A stretch of 63,645 bases of DNA, counting the filler, from Reclinomonas americana ATCC 50394 (lineage: Eukaryota): the NCBI GenBank assembly GCA_048213135.1. It is 14 parts of 11 records of this genome, joined end to end, with 100 filler letters (N's around TTAATTAATTAA, not from the genome) between each part and the next. Parts side by side here need not be neighbours in the genome. Positions count along the whole stretch, not along the records: positions 1 to 4,742 come from PS016019.1; positions 4,843 to 8,489 come from PS016019.1; positions 8,590 to 10,374 come from PS016021.1; positions 10,475 to 17,796 come from PS016022.1; 10 more parts are not named here. One strand, written 5' to 3'. The position numbers and the translations under genes are program-made. Positions 1 through 13,379 of this stretch are shown here, one piece after another. The notes beneath the pieces were generated by a model. The model did not search any database. It had not been told where the DNA came from and was given only the letters and a program-made list of their open reading frames with translations. The first letter of the stretch is position 1, and the number at the start of each line of letters is the position of its first letter.

Positions 1-54
<54 letters not shown>

Positions 55-796
55 GAGGGAGAGGAAGAGAGAGGGAGGAAGAGGGGAGGAAGAGGGAGAG
101 GAAGAGGGAGAGGAAGAGGGAGAGACAGAGCTAATGAGAGAGACCGTTCATAACACACAGATAGAGAGAAGAGGAGAACGACACACAGCCCCTTGTTGTT
201 CAACTATTCACCTCATCAGATGCACCAAGCTTCTCTATCTTAAACACGCCGAACTCAGCAAAACGACAAACATGGACGCAGATTGTTGCTGCCCTCTTTC
301 GCAGCTATACTCTCTCTTATCACCCTCACTCTGTCTCTCTCATTCGCAGAAAGGAAGCATCAAACAGTTCGTTCCACAGTCCACAAGAGCACGGACGGAC
401 CGGACCGCACAGACAGCAAGTCAACAAAATTCGCACACTGCCTCACTCGCGCACACGCAGATTGTTGCTGCTCATGCTCAACCATTGTCCTGACGCACTC
501 TATTCCTTCTCATGCTCCACTGACGCGCTCTCTTACTCTTCTTATGACACAGAGAGACATAGTTCGCTCTCTGTCTCCCTACATTTCCTCTCGCTTCGTC
601 TTTTTCACAGACTCCGTCTCTCTCTCACTCTCTCCCACACACACACACAAACACACATGTCAACACAGAAACAGAGAGACAAGAACACAGAGCTGCATCA
701 CGCACCATTCTCAGTGTCTCACTGCTGCGAAAAAATACCTCCCTGCCTCCCTTCCCCATATTCCCCTTCCTCTTCACCCTTCTCCCTTTTCCTCAC

Positions 797-2367
797 CCGA
801 TCAAACAACTCGGTAATGGTGCCATCATGCACACGGAGGAACCGCCGATGCGGCTCTGGATCGGCATTCTTGCGCAGCGTGAAGATAATGATCTGCACGT
901 TGACCTCCTCAAAGTCCTCGTCGTACTCGTCAAACATGCGGAACTCGTAGACGACGGCCCGGCGGCGTTGACCTGCAAATAGGGAAGGCGTACGGGGTGA
1001 GCGGATCAATAAAGAAAAACTATGTGTTGCGGAAAACCCTCTTCCTCTCCTTCTCCCCCTCTTCCTCCCTTCCCTTTCCCCCCTCACTCACCATTCGGCC
1101 CCCTCCACCTCTCCGCCTTGTCGACAATATAATGCAGCTCCTTGATGGACAGCTCCAAATCATGCGGCACGAAAAACACCTTCTCCTCGCCGTGCAGCCG
1201 CGTGTACACATCGTACATCAGGCCATTCATGTGAATGCGCAGAATGTACGTGTAGAGCACCGCCGAGGCCACCAGCACCAGCACAATGTCGATGAACACG
1301 GTGGCAATGGCGCCGAGCACGCCAACACCCTCCGAGTACACAAACTTGTTGTAGAGCTTGAAGGCGTCGCCGTAGGTCCAATTCTTGATGATGCAGTCGA
1401 CCGTCACAATCAGAATGGGGTCGAGAATCGTGCCGAGGCCAAAGGCGATGACGAAACGCGAGCCCCACGCCAGCGTCGTGTCCATCAGGCGTTGTGAGGC
1501 CCACGACATGAGAATGAGCAGTAGTAGAATGATAATGTTGAAGAAGACGCCAAAGGCGGTGGTGCCAAACTCGATGCCGACCGACAGCAGCTCCCACTGG
1601 TATTTCAGCTCGACGTGATAGAAGAGGGGGTTGTAGGAGGAGATCGGCACGCCAATCAGCTGCAAGTAGAGCCACTGGCCAAAGTAGTGCGTGTACAGAC
1701 GCATCCATAGCACGCTGAGGAGCAGGAAGATCATGCCCCAGAATTCCGAGTTGCGCCAGTCCGACAGCGCCATGTCGGAGACGGTGGCGCGCCACACGTA
1801 GGACATTTTGTGGCTGGCCTCTTTGCGGCCGCGGTAGGTGGTCTAGTAAAGGGGGAAGGGGTGAGAGGGAGGAGGGAGGGGTGAGGGGGGAGGGAGGAAG
1901 GGGAAGGGGAAGGGGGTGAGAGGAGGGAAAGGGAGAGGGAGTGGAGAAAGGGAGGGGAGTGGGGAAAGGGAGGGGAGTGGGGAAAGGGAGGAGGGAGTGG
2001 GGAAAGGGATAGGGAGTGGGGAAAGGGAGGAGGGAGTGGGGGAAGGGAGAGGGAAGTGGGAAGGGGGTGAGAAGAGGGGAAGGGAGAGGGAGTGAAGAAA
2101 GGGAGAGGGAGTGGAGAAAGGGAGGGGGAGTGGTAGACGGGAGAGGGAGTGGGGAAGGGGAGTGGGGAAAGGGAGAGGGAGGGGGAAAGGGAGAGGGAGT
2201 GGGGAAACGGACAGGGAGTGGGGAAAGGGAGAGGGAGTGGAGAAGGGGAGAGGGAGTGGGGAAAGGGAGAGGGAGTGGAGAAAGGGAGAGGGAGCGGGGA
2301 AAGGAAGAGGGAGTGGGGAAAGGGAGAGGGAGTGGGGAAAGGGAATGGGAAGGGAGAGGAAAACTGC

Positions 2368-2399
<32 letters not shown>

Positions 2400-5024
2400 T
2401 ATGAGGTGAGAGCACAAATTGTGGAGAGACGACAGAATGATGAAGGTGGCAGGAATGAAGTCGTTGTGTTACAAGTGAAACCTTGAAAGTGCGCCAGGGA
2501 GACGAGAGAACACGAGAAACGGACTTCCCACAATCAACTCACCGGCTGTCGAATCGAATAACGATGGCGTTCCAGCTTCTGCGCCAGCGTTGGCGTTTTC
2601 TTGTGCACCGTCAGGCGTCGCTTGTACGCTCCCATGTTCTCCTTGACGTAGTCGTGGAGGAACATATCGTGATCGAGAACGTCGTCGCCGTGCACATAGT
2701 ACGTCATGCCAGGGGCGACGCGGCGCATTTTGTGGAAATTCGACTGCAACGGGAAGAGGTGAGCACTCGACAGCACCACTGTTCTCTCTCCAGTCCCCTC
2801 ACGAAACTGTATCGACTTCATCGCCTCGCAACAGCATCGTCGGCCTCGAGCGGTTGAAGCGACTGCGCCGCACACACACGGAATTAGAATCTGGCACAAA
2901 ACACGCTTGAACAACAAAACGACTCACCTTCCAAGAAGCGCCTCGTCGAGCGTGGCCACTGCCACCAGCTGATTGTTCTGCTCGGGTTGACCGGCTGTCG
3001 TTCCACTTGTCGGTACAGCGCCCATCCCACTGTCACGGAGAGAGGGCAAGATGAGAGAGTGCACGACGGGAAGCACAAATGGGGATAAGAAATGACTCAC
3101 GGTGTTGTGTGCTCCTCGCTCGAGTTGCCATTCTCACTGCGCAAGACGTGAGTTTGTGGCGAACAAGGGAATCATTCAAGGCTGCACGCAACTCTGTCGC
3201 CATCGGAGCCAGGTTGCCCGGGGTCTGCACGCACCAACGTGAGTCACCAGCAGAACATATTCGCAGACTTCATGCCACAACACACCTCCTGCATGCTGGT
3301 CGACACAGCAACTGGCTGCATGGACGACGCACGCAGGTCGTGCATCATGCGCTTGTCGCGCATGGCCGCCATGATTCCAGAGAAACCAGGTCGCTCGGGG
3401 CCACCCATCGCCGTCTCGCCCTCCATCCCGTCCTCCCCCTCACCACCGGCCTTGTGTGCGCCATCATTGTCCGAGTCGTACTCCAAATCCGAGTCTAGCG
3501 ACAGCCAGTCATCAGCGAAGAATAAGACTGTGAAAGCGATGGGAAAAGGACACACCGAGTGAGCCCTCTGAATTCGACCAGTCGGAGTCGGACCACGTGT
3601 CCGAGTCGAACTGATTGGCTCCCGGTCGACTGTGCCGGTCCAAGTGCAGCAGGCGGGAGGTGAACTCGAGCTCACGAGTGAACTCGTCGCTGTCGCAGTA
3701 GCGGCGCGGCATGTGTTGCACCTCAAAGTACAGATTGCCGAGGAAGTTGTCGACGTCGTAGCGCACTGCGGGGAGGGGAAGGAGAAGAGGGGGAAGGGTG
3801 TCAAAAGGGGAAGGAAACATAAGAAGTTCTTGGATGTGTATGTGGGAGCAAGAAAGTGGTGCGTGATAGCGTGCGCGTGAAAGCGAGAGGGTGAGTGACA
3901 GCGAAAGAGTGTGTGTGACAGCGAAGAGGGTGCGCAACAGGGAACGGGAGATTGAGAGAACAGCAAACAGGCAGGCAGACAGAATGCGAGTGCGACGGCG
4001 AGAGTGGCGAGTGCGTGACAACGACAGGGAGTAATCGTGTACGGGTGCTTGAGCAAGCAAGGGCATGATTGTACGAATGGGAAACTGCGTGAGTGAGTGG
4101 GCGGGTGCGTAAGCACGCAACAGATGGAGTCAAAGCGGGAGTAGTTGGAGATGGTGGGATCAAACGGTCCGCGCACGAGTGGTGTCCGGTACTTGCCCTT
4201 GACGACGTCGAACTGCAGACAAGCATGATGAGTGAGAAGTGACGATAAGAAGCGCAAGAGATTCGGGAGAGAGAACCTTGGCATCCAGCATCGGGAACAC
4301 GCCCCACGCAATCACACGGTTGTATGGGCTGTGTTCGCCACGCAGCTGAGCAAGGGAATGCATTCACGTCAGCAAAAAAGCAGAAGCAGAAGAGAAAATA
4401 GAAGGAAGAAAGTCACACCATGACGAGTTCGAACAGGAACATGTTATACGGACGCATGGCGGGTCGTGAGGGACAAATGGTGGCCATGGTGTGCTGGAAG
4501 ACCATCTCGATGGAGTTCCACTTGCCGTCGTGGTAGACCATCTGTGGGTGAACGGGTGGCGAGTGAGAAGGCGGGAGGGCCAGGAGGGAGATAGAGAGAC
4601 AGAGAGAGACAGAGAGAGGCGACAGGGAGAGAGGAGAGGGAGATGAAGAAGGACGAGATAAAGGAGAATGTGGCAAGGCAAGGCAAGCCGCACAGCGCAG
4701 CACAGCGAAGCGCAGCAAAGCACAGCAAAGCGCAGCAAAGCGNNNNNNNNNNNNNNNNNNNNNNNNNNNNNNNNNNNNNNNNNNNNTTAATTAATTAANN
4801 NNNNNNNNNNNNNNNNNNNNNNNNNNNNNNNNNNNNNNNNNNCCTCCCTTCCCCTTCTCTCTCCCTGTCTCCACCACTCAACGTCTCGGCGGCGGCGGCG
4901 ACGGAGACGCAGGCACACTGCCTCGATGTGCGTCTCTGGTCACTGCAACACCATCATCATCATCATCATCAGAGCTCGAGTCATCAAAGTGATGGCGACG
5001 CGGATCGTCGCCTTCGTCGCTCAT
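797..5024 (-). CDS. OFCC1-like multi-pass membrane protein (multi-exon; crosses a gap; 3' end unresolved)
   Basis: Spliced exons give ...MFLFELVMLRGEHSPYNRVIAWGVFPMLDAKFDVVKGKYRTPLVRGPFDPTISNYSRFDSILRYDVDNFLGNLYFEV..., then a hydrophobic exon (WMRLYTHYFGQW, GDAFKLY, LRIHMNGLMYDVYTRL, ERWRGPNG) and HRRFLRVHDGTITELF. These resemble orofacial cleft 1 candidate 1 proteins as recalled, not searched. Confidence 0.75.
1850..2360 (+). repeat. G-rich ~19-nt minisatellite (GGGAGTGGGGAAAGGGAGA-like) inside an OFCC1-like intron
   Basis: Repeated gggagtggggaaagggagag units are directly visible. Confidence 0.9.
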
Positions 5025-6311
5025 TGAAGTGTCTGATTTGACTGATGACCGATCGCGATGCAACCGCCCGAAATTTTGTGTCGCCGCAGTCCCGCCAATA
5101 ATCAGAGTTGCGGCGTTCTCATAACCACAACAACAACTTTACTAATCCAAACAGCAACACAGTTGCATGGTGATCACCATCTTGAGTGAGCACCAGAAAC
5201 TCAGACATCACAGAAAAAAGCGAGAAAAAGTCGAGATGGCTAAATATGCTGGCGGGTTTCTGCATGAGAAGCCACGGCTCGTGACAAGAATGGTAACAAG
5301 CAACAGCTGTCTTGATGACCAAGTTCAACCGTATCCAAAACATCAACTCAGACACCAATCTTGAGGCAGCAGCAGGTTCCTTGTGTGTCTGTGTTCGCTC
5401 TCGGAGCTCCGAACAAGTCGAGAACTGCGATCTACACCGCACAAGCGTGGTTGAACAGTGGATTGGACGCACTTGCATAGACGCATAGCGTTTTCCGCGA
5501 TCGTGCACGGCACATCGAATTCGGGAAAAGGCCAAAAGCCAGGCAAACAAAGCAAAGCCGGGTCCGGATCCTTGAAGCAGGCAGAGCAAAAGCAGTGGTG
5601 GCACCCATTCCAGTAATGCGATAAACGCCCACAAATCCCTTGCCGACAATGACCTTGACACACCAACAATGCTAACACATAATTACTTATCCAACTGTCA
5701 TCTTCCCTTTACCTGTTGTTCGATAGACGTCGACTTGCACTGTGGTTCACGATCAACAGCGACAACTGTACAATTGCAAGTCCACGCAGCAGCAGAGCTG
5801 CATGATGAGAGCGCCCCAGAAACAGAGACATCTCACAAACAGCAGCGAGAAAAGATCGAATTTCTCTCCTGTGCACCTTACACGCCTCCTCCATGCGCAT
5901 GCTGTCTCCTCGCTACTTGTTGTGTGCAAAAAAACTGTGTCGCTGACTGGGACTGCTCATATGCTCCCACGTACTGCACCTCCTTCACGACTCAAGAGCT
6001 GATTTACTTAGAACCCACAGCAGCAGCATGCCCACATACACACCACTCTCCAATCTAAAAGAGGGGATACCTCAGCAGCTGCTCATCGCTCACAGAGCAG
6101 GAAGAGAAAAGAATAAACTCGAGAGGGGAGTTGCGTGTCGCCCTGAAGAACGACACTGTACAAAAAAAGAAAACAACTCCTCCATCTCAATCACCACCAT
6201 ACACACCGACATTCCCCGAGAGATAAACACATTCACAGAAACCAAAGCAGAAAACTCACTGTACGACAAGATTCACAGGAGAGGCGACAAAAAAACAAGT
6301 AACCCAAGCGC

Positions 6312-8489
6312 TTACTCCACACGCCCATAGGTGCGGCGGTACAGCTTGTCCACTGAGGCCAAGAAGAACGTACCGGGTGCGAGGTTCTGCGTGCCGCTGG
6401 CCGGCTGCAGGTCGTTGGTGCCGTACGACTTTTCGCGCTGAGCCAGCACCTGCACACATAGCAAGAAAGTGTGAGCCACGGCAACAGCGACCACTGCTGT
6501 TACCACAAGCTGCGATCGAACCTGAGTGAACGTCTCAGGGTCGACCTTTACGCGCTGCGCCAGTCGGTTCTCCAAGTCGAGCTGGCGCTGAATGTTGGCC
6601 AGCGAGAACACTGGCGAGGCGGTCTTGCGACCAGCCAGCACAAACATGGTGGAGCAGAGGCCGGAGCCGTACGAGAACATCAACACACGCTTGCTTGTCT
6701 GCGCATCGCCAACACACAAGTCAGTCAGCTGCCTGTCAGTCGAGAAGGATCGGAGGAGAGCAAACGCACCAGATGCTCGCCCTGCTTGGCGACAGTGCCG
6801 ACCAGCGACGCCCACAGCGATGCCGTGTACGAGTTGCCGAGCTCCTCACTCAGGAACGTGCCAGGAGCAACGCGGTGCTCGAACAGCTTCTTGCTGGCGG
6901 CCACAAAGGTCTGCCGTGCAATGGAGACGGTGAGTAGAAACAAAGGGATTGAGATGAGTTATCTGATTTTGTCTTGTCTCTCAGGCAGGTTCTCTGATTG
7001 CGACGAACCCAGATCTCACTCTCTCTCGCTTTGCGTCGCAGTCTGATCTCTCTGATTGCAAGACAGGCTCCTTGACTCTCTCCCTCACACTTCGCGTCGC
7101 ATCAGATCTCTCTGCTTGCACAGTGTCGTTCGCGTCTCTCTCTCTCTCTCTCGTTTCGCGTTGCATCAGATCTCTCTGTATGCAATACTGATACCTTGAC
7201 ATCGTCACTCTTTCTCTCTCCGTTCACAGCAGGCCGCCGTCGGATATCTCTCATTACAATTCGTGCAGCTTGTAATCGCCACTTCTCTCTCTCTCTAAGT
7301 CGCAGTCAGATCTCTCATACACGGCCAAGTCTCTCTCAATCTCTCTTGCAAGATGCGCACCCTGGTGTCGTCGGTCCCGTCCTCTCTCTCTCTCTCTCTT
7401 GTGCTCCCTCTCCTGATTCAGTCAGACTATACCTGCGACGAATACTTCACTCTCTCCATATTGCAGTCAAATCTCCCTGCTTCCAAGGTGTCGTCCATGT
7501 CTCTCTCTCGCCCTCCACGATCATTCTTACCGCAAGACGGACACCTTAACATTGTGTCTCTTTTATCTCTCCTCTTGAAGACATAGTCTAGTTTATGTCT
7601 CTCTTTCTCTCTCAGTCGTACAACTCTCTTACCCCTTCTCTCCCCCTTCTCTCTCCATTCCCTTTCCCTTCCCATTCCCTCCTCTCTCCCCCACCACACC
7701 TTATCAAAATCCTTGTTGCCAAAGGTCTCCTCGTACGGCAGCGCAAGAGCAGCAGCCAGTTCCTTGTTGTCACCCACCGCCTTTTGGCGGTCAGCGTCGC
7801 TCATCAGCTTGTAATCATTGTACGGCTGCATACCAACGCCATGTCAGCGTGGTGACGGCGCAAGATCACTTCACAACCATCTTTCAAACAAACCAGGCGA
7901 GCAAACGACTTTTGCACCAGCTTGCTGAACGGTGAGTGCAGGAGGAAGTGGTCAAAGTCGTGCACCGAGCCGTGTCCCTTCTGCACCGGCAAGGTCACGA
8001 CATGCTCACACGCAGATATGAGAGAGAGATGAACGCACCTTTTGCTGCAACTTGCGCACAACCTTCTCGTAGCACGAGTCAATGGCCTTGTAGTAGCACG
8101 TGATGGAGAATTGGCCCTGCAGAAGAGAGTGAGCATCGCAGTCGAGAATCCACGAAACGCGCACACGACGCAACATCAACCACCGGGTACTCGGACTCCA
8201 ACTTGGGCTCTGCACAAATAAGAGCGAGTAAGAAACAGATCCAGCATGGACGACGACGATGCCGGTGACAACAACGCAACTATAGAAATCGTACGCATTC
8301 TGCATGTACGACGCACGGAGACCGGTAACAAACGACAGAGGAGCATCGGGGCCAATCAGCATTGCAGTCGCGGCCACGCCACCTGCACCCACACGCAGTC
8401 AGTTACAAAACAGAAGTAAACTAGACAAGCCACCACCACCAAGCGTACCAGTTGGACGCGCAGGTCCCGGCTCGTACACTGCAATGTCT
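6312..8489 (-). CDS. HMGCS: Hydroxymethylglutaryl-CoA synthase (5' part lost in gap)
   Basis: Spliced peptide contains [108 protein letters not shown]. These are hallmark eukaryotic HMGS motifs. Confidence 0.95.
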
Positions 8490-8589
8490 NNNNNNNNNNN
8501 NNNNNNNNNNNNNNNNNNNNNNNNNNNNNNNNNTTAATTAATTAANNNNNNNNNNNNNNNNNNNNNNNNNNNNNNNNNNNNNNNNNNNN

Positions 8590-8746
8590 GAGTGAGTGAG
8601 TGAGTGAGTGAGTGAGTGAGTGAGTGAGTGAGTGAGTGAGTGAGTGAGTGAGTGAGTGAGTGAGTGAGTGAGTGAGTGAGTGAGTGAGTGTGTGTGTGAA
8701 TGCAGTGAGTGAGTGAGTGAGTGAGTGAGTGAGTGAGTGAGTGAGT
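8590..8746 (+). repeat. (GAGT)n microsatellite
   Basis: Directly visible. Confidence 0.95.
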
Positions 8747-9185
8747 GCAGTGCAATGCAGTGAGACTTACCTATTAGTGCCTCCTCTGCAATGCATGAGA
8801 CGGGAAATGTGGAGCCACCAGCGGCCATTCGCGCGAAGTTGCAGAAAGACAATGATCGTGAATGCAATTTCGTTTTTGCCTTTTCTCTCTGCCTTGCTGA
8901 AGCTTCCGTCGGTACTGTCAGGCCGTTCGCTTTGCTTTGCCTTTCAAGCAGTATTTATGCCGTCGCAACTGCAGCACGACGGTCATGGCGGCTACAGAGT
9001 CGTGGCGCCCACTCGCTTGCCTTACGACCTGCTGAGGTCTCCACGCATGCAAAAGAACAAGGACAAGAACTACGAAGAAGAGGTGCTTACCGGGAGCAGT
9101 ACGCTGACTCCTGCGTCGTTGCGAAGCAATAAAATCGAAGCACCCGAAACCCATCAAGAACGAGAGAGGGCTGCTTTCTGATTCA

Positions 9186-10595
9186 CTACTTCGAGTCCCA
9201 GAAGAGCTCCTTCTTGGGCACGATGACGGAGAGGGTGTGGGTGTTGGGGTCCCACTTGGCGCGGCCTTTGGAGTCGTCGACTTCTTGAGGGAAGGGGATG
9301 ACGAGTTTGCTGAGGGGGAGGAGGAGGGGGGGGGGTAAGAGGGGAGGGGAGGGAGGCAAAGAAGGGAAGCGCAGGCATGCAGGTAGAAAGGGGGAAACTC
9401 GAAGACAATGTAAACAGACGAGAGTCGGAGCAGCAAAGAAAGAGAAGGGGGAGAAGGAGAGCCGCAACCAACAATAAGCGACTGCAGTGGATAAGCAGAT
9501 CTACACATCAACACAAACACCAGTCACGACGACAGCTGTAGGAGAATGAGAAGGAGACAGAGGAAACAGAAATGATGCCGTGGACCAACAAAGAAACAAA
9601 GGAACGCACCAGAGTAGACAAGAGAAGGACAAGAAAACCAGAGAGAAAGAGAGATTTCAAGCTGAGAAAATCACAGGAGAGAGTGTGATCGGGGGTACAC
9701 AACGAAGGGGACGACAACAGCAGCAATCCTCCCTCGCCACCCATCACGCAACTACTTGGCGGTGGCCAGATCCAGTCCCTTGGAGGTCACATCGAGTGTG
9801 ATTTCCGTCTGCTGGCGCACCCCGGGCAACTTGATGCGCACCGTGAGCTCCTCGGAGCAGCCAGAACTGGGATCGCGGGTCCAGTCGGCGCCGAGATACA
9901 CGTCCTCCGTGCGCACCTTTTGCCGGTGCAGAATGTCGTACTCGGGTCGTTCGCGAGGGTCGTCGTCGGGTTGCTGGGCGCGGAGAGGAGAAGGGTGAGA
10001 AGGTGGCAGGAGGGCGATGAAGAGCAGGAGGGAGAAAGGCGGCAAAGAGTAGAGAGAGAGGAGAGAGGGAGAGCAAGGTGAGGGAGGAAGGGAGAGAGAG
10101 GAGTGAAGAGGAGTGAAGCACGAGAGGTGATGCAACAGAGTGCATGAGGAAGAGAGGCAACAGAAGTCACCAACAAGCAGAGGCGAACCAACAGAGCAGC
10201 TGAAGACCAGAGCAATCGCCACAAACAACGTAGAACACGAGGGACAGACGGAATGAAGCAGAGGTCGCCCACAAGCAGAGCACGAGAGCGTGATGCAACA
10301 GAGGAAGAGACAGTGCAAGGCGACAGTGAGCTTGGAAATGAAGGTCAAGAGCATTACAAGCAAGCAAGGTAATGNNNNNNNNNNNNNNNNNNNNNNNNNN
10401 NNNNNNNNNNNNNNNNNNTTAATTAATTAANNNNNNNNNNNNNNNNNNNNNNNNNNNNNNNNNNNNNNNNNNNNGAGAGAGAGAGAGGCGACGACGGAGA
10501 AGCAGAGGTCGCCCATAAGCAGAGCACGAGAGGTGATGCAACAGTGCAAGGCCAGACCAGACATGAAAATGAAGGTCAAAAGCACAAGCAAGCGA

Positions 10596-10629
<34 letters not shown>

Positions 10630-11038
10630 CGACGGAGAAGCAGAGGCCACCCACAAGCAGAGCACGAGAGGTGATGCAACAGTGCAAGGCCAGACCAGAC
10701 AAGGAAATGAAGGTCAAAAGCACAAGCAGTGGCGATGAAGAGGGGAGAGAGAGAGAGAGAGAGAGGCGACGACGGAGAAGCAGAGGTCACCCACAAGAAG
10801 AGCACGAGAGGTGATGCAACAGAAGAGACAGTGCAAGGCCAGATCAGATTTAAAGACGAAGGTCAAAAGCACAAGCCGGCAAGGTAATGAAGAGAGAGAG
10901 AGAGAGAGGCGACGACGAAGAAGCAGAGGTCGCCCATAAGCAGAGCACGAGAGGTGATGCAACAGAGGAAGAGACAGTGCAAGGCCAGATCAGATTTAAA
11001 GACGAAGGTCAAAAGCACAAGCAAGAGGCGATGATGGG

Positions 11039-11090
<52 letters not shown>

Positions 11091-12256
11091 NNNNNNNNNN
11101 NNNNNNNNNNNNNNNNNNNNNNNNNNNNNNNNNNNNNNNNNNNNNNNNNNNNNNNNNNNNNNNNNNNNNNNNNNNNNNNNNNNNNNNNNNNNNNNNNNNN
11201 NNNNNNNNNNNNNNNNNNNNNNNNNNNNNNNNNNNNNNNNNNNNNNNNNNNNNNNNNNNNNNNNNNNNNNNNNNNNNNNNNNNNNNNNNNNNNNNNNNNN
11301 NNNNNNNNNNNNNNNNNNNNNNNNNNNNNNNNNNNNNNNNNNNNNNNNNNNNNNNNNNNNNNNNNNNNNNNNNNNNNNNNNNNNNNNNNNNNNNNNNNNN
11401 NNNNNNNNNNNNNNNNNNNNNNNNNNNNNNNNNNNNNNNNNNNNNNNNNNNNNNNNNNNNNNNNNNNNNNNNNNNNNNNNNNNNNNNNNNNNNNNNNNNN
11501 NNNNNNNNNNNNNNNNNNNNNNNNNNNNNNNNNNNNNNNNNNNNNNNNNNNNNNNNNNNNNNNNNNNNNNNNNNNNNNNNNNNNNNNNNNNNNNNNNNNN
11601 NNNNNNNNNNNNNNNNNNNNNNNNNNNNNNNNNNNNNNNNNNNNNNNNNNNNNNNNNNNNNNNNNNNNNNNNNNNNNNNNNNNNNNNNNNNNNNNNNNNN
11701 NNNNNNNNNNNNNNNNNNNNNNNNNNNNNNNNNNNNNNNNNNNNNNNNNNNNNNNNNNNNNNNNNNNNNNNNNNNNNNNNNNNNNNNNNNNNNNNNNNNN
11801 NNNNNNNNNNNNNNNNNNNNNNNNNNNNNNNNNNNNNNNNNNNNNNNNNNNNNNNNNNNNNNNNNNNNNNNNNNNNNNNNNNNNNNNNNNNNNNNNNNNN
11901 NNNNNNNNNNNNNNNNNNNNNNNNNNNNNNNNNNNNNNNNNNNNNNNNNNNNNNNNNNNNNNNNNNNNNNNNNNNNNNNNNNNNNNNNNNNNNNNNNNNN
12001 NNNNNNNNNNNNNNNNNNNNNNNNNNNNNNNNNNNNNNNNNNNNNNNNNNNNNNNGGCGTACATTGTCGCGGAGGAGGCAGGGGCAGAGGAGGAGTGTGT
12101 GGAGGAGGAGTAGTGATCAGGGCGCATGACATCATCGTCGCCGGGCATGTATCCAAGATGACGTGGCGGTGGTTCTGTGTCCAGTCCGCCGTTGCTGCTG
12201 CCGCGGTCGCCCTCGGGTGGGAGAAGGAGAGAGGAGAGGAGAGAGAAGTCGGCCAT
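9186..12256 (-). CDS. PIH1D3: PIH1D3/DNAAF6-like axonemal dynein assembly factor (spans gaps)
   Basis: MADFSLLSSLLLPP...DDPRERPEYDILHRQKVRTEDVYLGADWTRDPSSGCSEELTVRIKLPG...ITLDV...LDLATAKY|KLVIPFPQEVDDSKGRAKWD...LSVIVP. This is a PIH1/CS-domain pattern typical of Twister/PIH1D3. Confidence 0.85.
10100..11030 (+). repeat. ~140-bp intronic minisatellite (gagcacgagaggtgatgcaac...aaggtcaaaagcacaagc) in PIH1D3
   Basis: Several degenerate copies are visible on both sides of a gap. Confidence 0.85.
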
Positions 12257-12635
12257 TGCTTGTGCTGGATGGGCAGTTTCAAACGTTGTCCTGTCGGTTT
12301 CGCGCGCGCGACGTTTCCGTCTCTTCTCGTGAGGGTGGACTGTTCGAAAGGAGAGTGGTGAAGTTGAGCGTTTGACCCTTAACCCTTTGGCGGTCTTCGT
12401 CCTGGCACCGTAACCACTGGCAGCTGCATGCCACAAGAGAGAAAAAACTGAAACCGATATCGCGATCGATACCGACTTTCCACACGCTCACAGCCAGCGA
12501 TCGCGCGATCGCTGCGCTGCGAGGAGCATGCATCTCGAGAGTTCGCGTTTCTTCGCTCATTTACCTCGCCTGCGTTCAATATTCGCAGCAGGTGCAGGTG
12601 CGGCACAAACAAAAAATTGCAGCTGATGATCAGTA

Positions 12636-13379
12636 CTAGTTCTCTCTTGCAATGCCGCCAGTATCGAATGCGTTCTTCAGCCGGGTCGCGGCCACGTCGC
12701 TGCGTGTCTCGACATACAGCACGCGATTCGAGCCCTGCATCACGAGCTGCAACGCGGGACAGTGAGCGCAGTGCATTCACCGCGCCGGCGACGGAGGAGA
12801 ACTCGTGCGTGGCTCACCTTGAACACAACACCGGTCAGCTTGTAGCTGGCCACCTTCCCCGAGTACGCCACCACCTTGAATGCGTCCGACTCATTGTTGC
12901 CATTGTAGAGAGCATACGTGAAGACCTGTGCCGGGGTTGATTTTTAGCTGCAGTCAGAACCCGAACAAGCTGCAAAGTGTACGCAGCAGCATCACTCTCA
13001 CCTGCGTCTGATCGTCAAACTTGAGGCCGCAAGTGTGCCAGTCGGAGACCAGGTTGTCCTCCTTGATCCTCGAGCGCAGCAGGACGGTCAAGGTGCCGGC
13101 GTGGACCTGCACAAGAGAGGACTCATCTGCAACAGCGACAAGTGCAGGTGTGTCAGCAATGTTCATGTCGAACACGTACACGACGCTCATGCAGAGAAGA
13201 AGAAGATTGTAGGGAGAGAGAAAGAGGGAGCGGCATGGCCATGCTCACTCTCTGCAAACGCAACAATCGGCCAGTGCCTCTCGCAAGTCACTGCGGAGGG
13301 TACGTGCAGAGGCCACTGCGCATGCGGCACACAGAAGAAGACAGGCAAGGGCGAGCAAGGCGAGAGTGTTTCGGCTCAT
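12636..13379 (-). CDS. Small signal-peptide protein with a PH-like domain, copy 1 (4 exons)
   Basis: MSRNTLALLALACLLLCAACAVASARTLRSDLREALADY|ESSLVQVHAGTLTVLLRSRIKEDNLVSDWHTCGLKFDDQTQ|VFTYALYNGNNESDAFKVVAYSGKVASYKLTGVVFK|LVMQGSNRVLYVETRSDVAATRLKNAFDTGGIAREN*. All junctions are in frame and conserved in copy 2. Confidence 0.7.

Noticed and set aside
1843..2533. Pro-rich and Gly-rich ORFs
   Set aside because: Intronic G-rich minisatellite; the flanking OFCC1-like exons join in frame across it.
4787..4798. Recurring TTAATTAATTAA palindrome flanked by Ns (many places in the window)
   Set aside because: Artificial all-frame-stop linker inserted between contigs; not biological.
5100..6300. Short ORFs between OFCC1-like and HMGS
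   Set aside because: No recognisable motif or consistent exon chain.
9752..9754. Apparent in-frame TAG in PIH1D3 suggesting stop-codon reassignment or a pseudogene
   Set aside because: TA|gttgcg is an exon-intron junction giving TAC (Tyr) after splicing. Genes here end normally in TAA, TAG and TGA.
10100..11030. Regularly spaced repeats resembling a CRISPR array
   Set aside because: The whole unit repeats with no unique spacers, it is a eukaryotic intron, and there are no cas genes.
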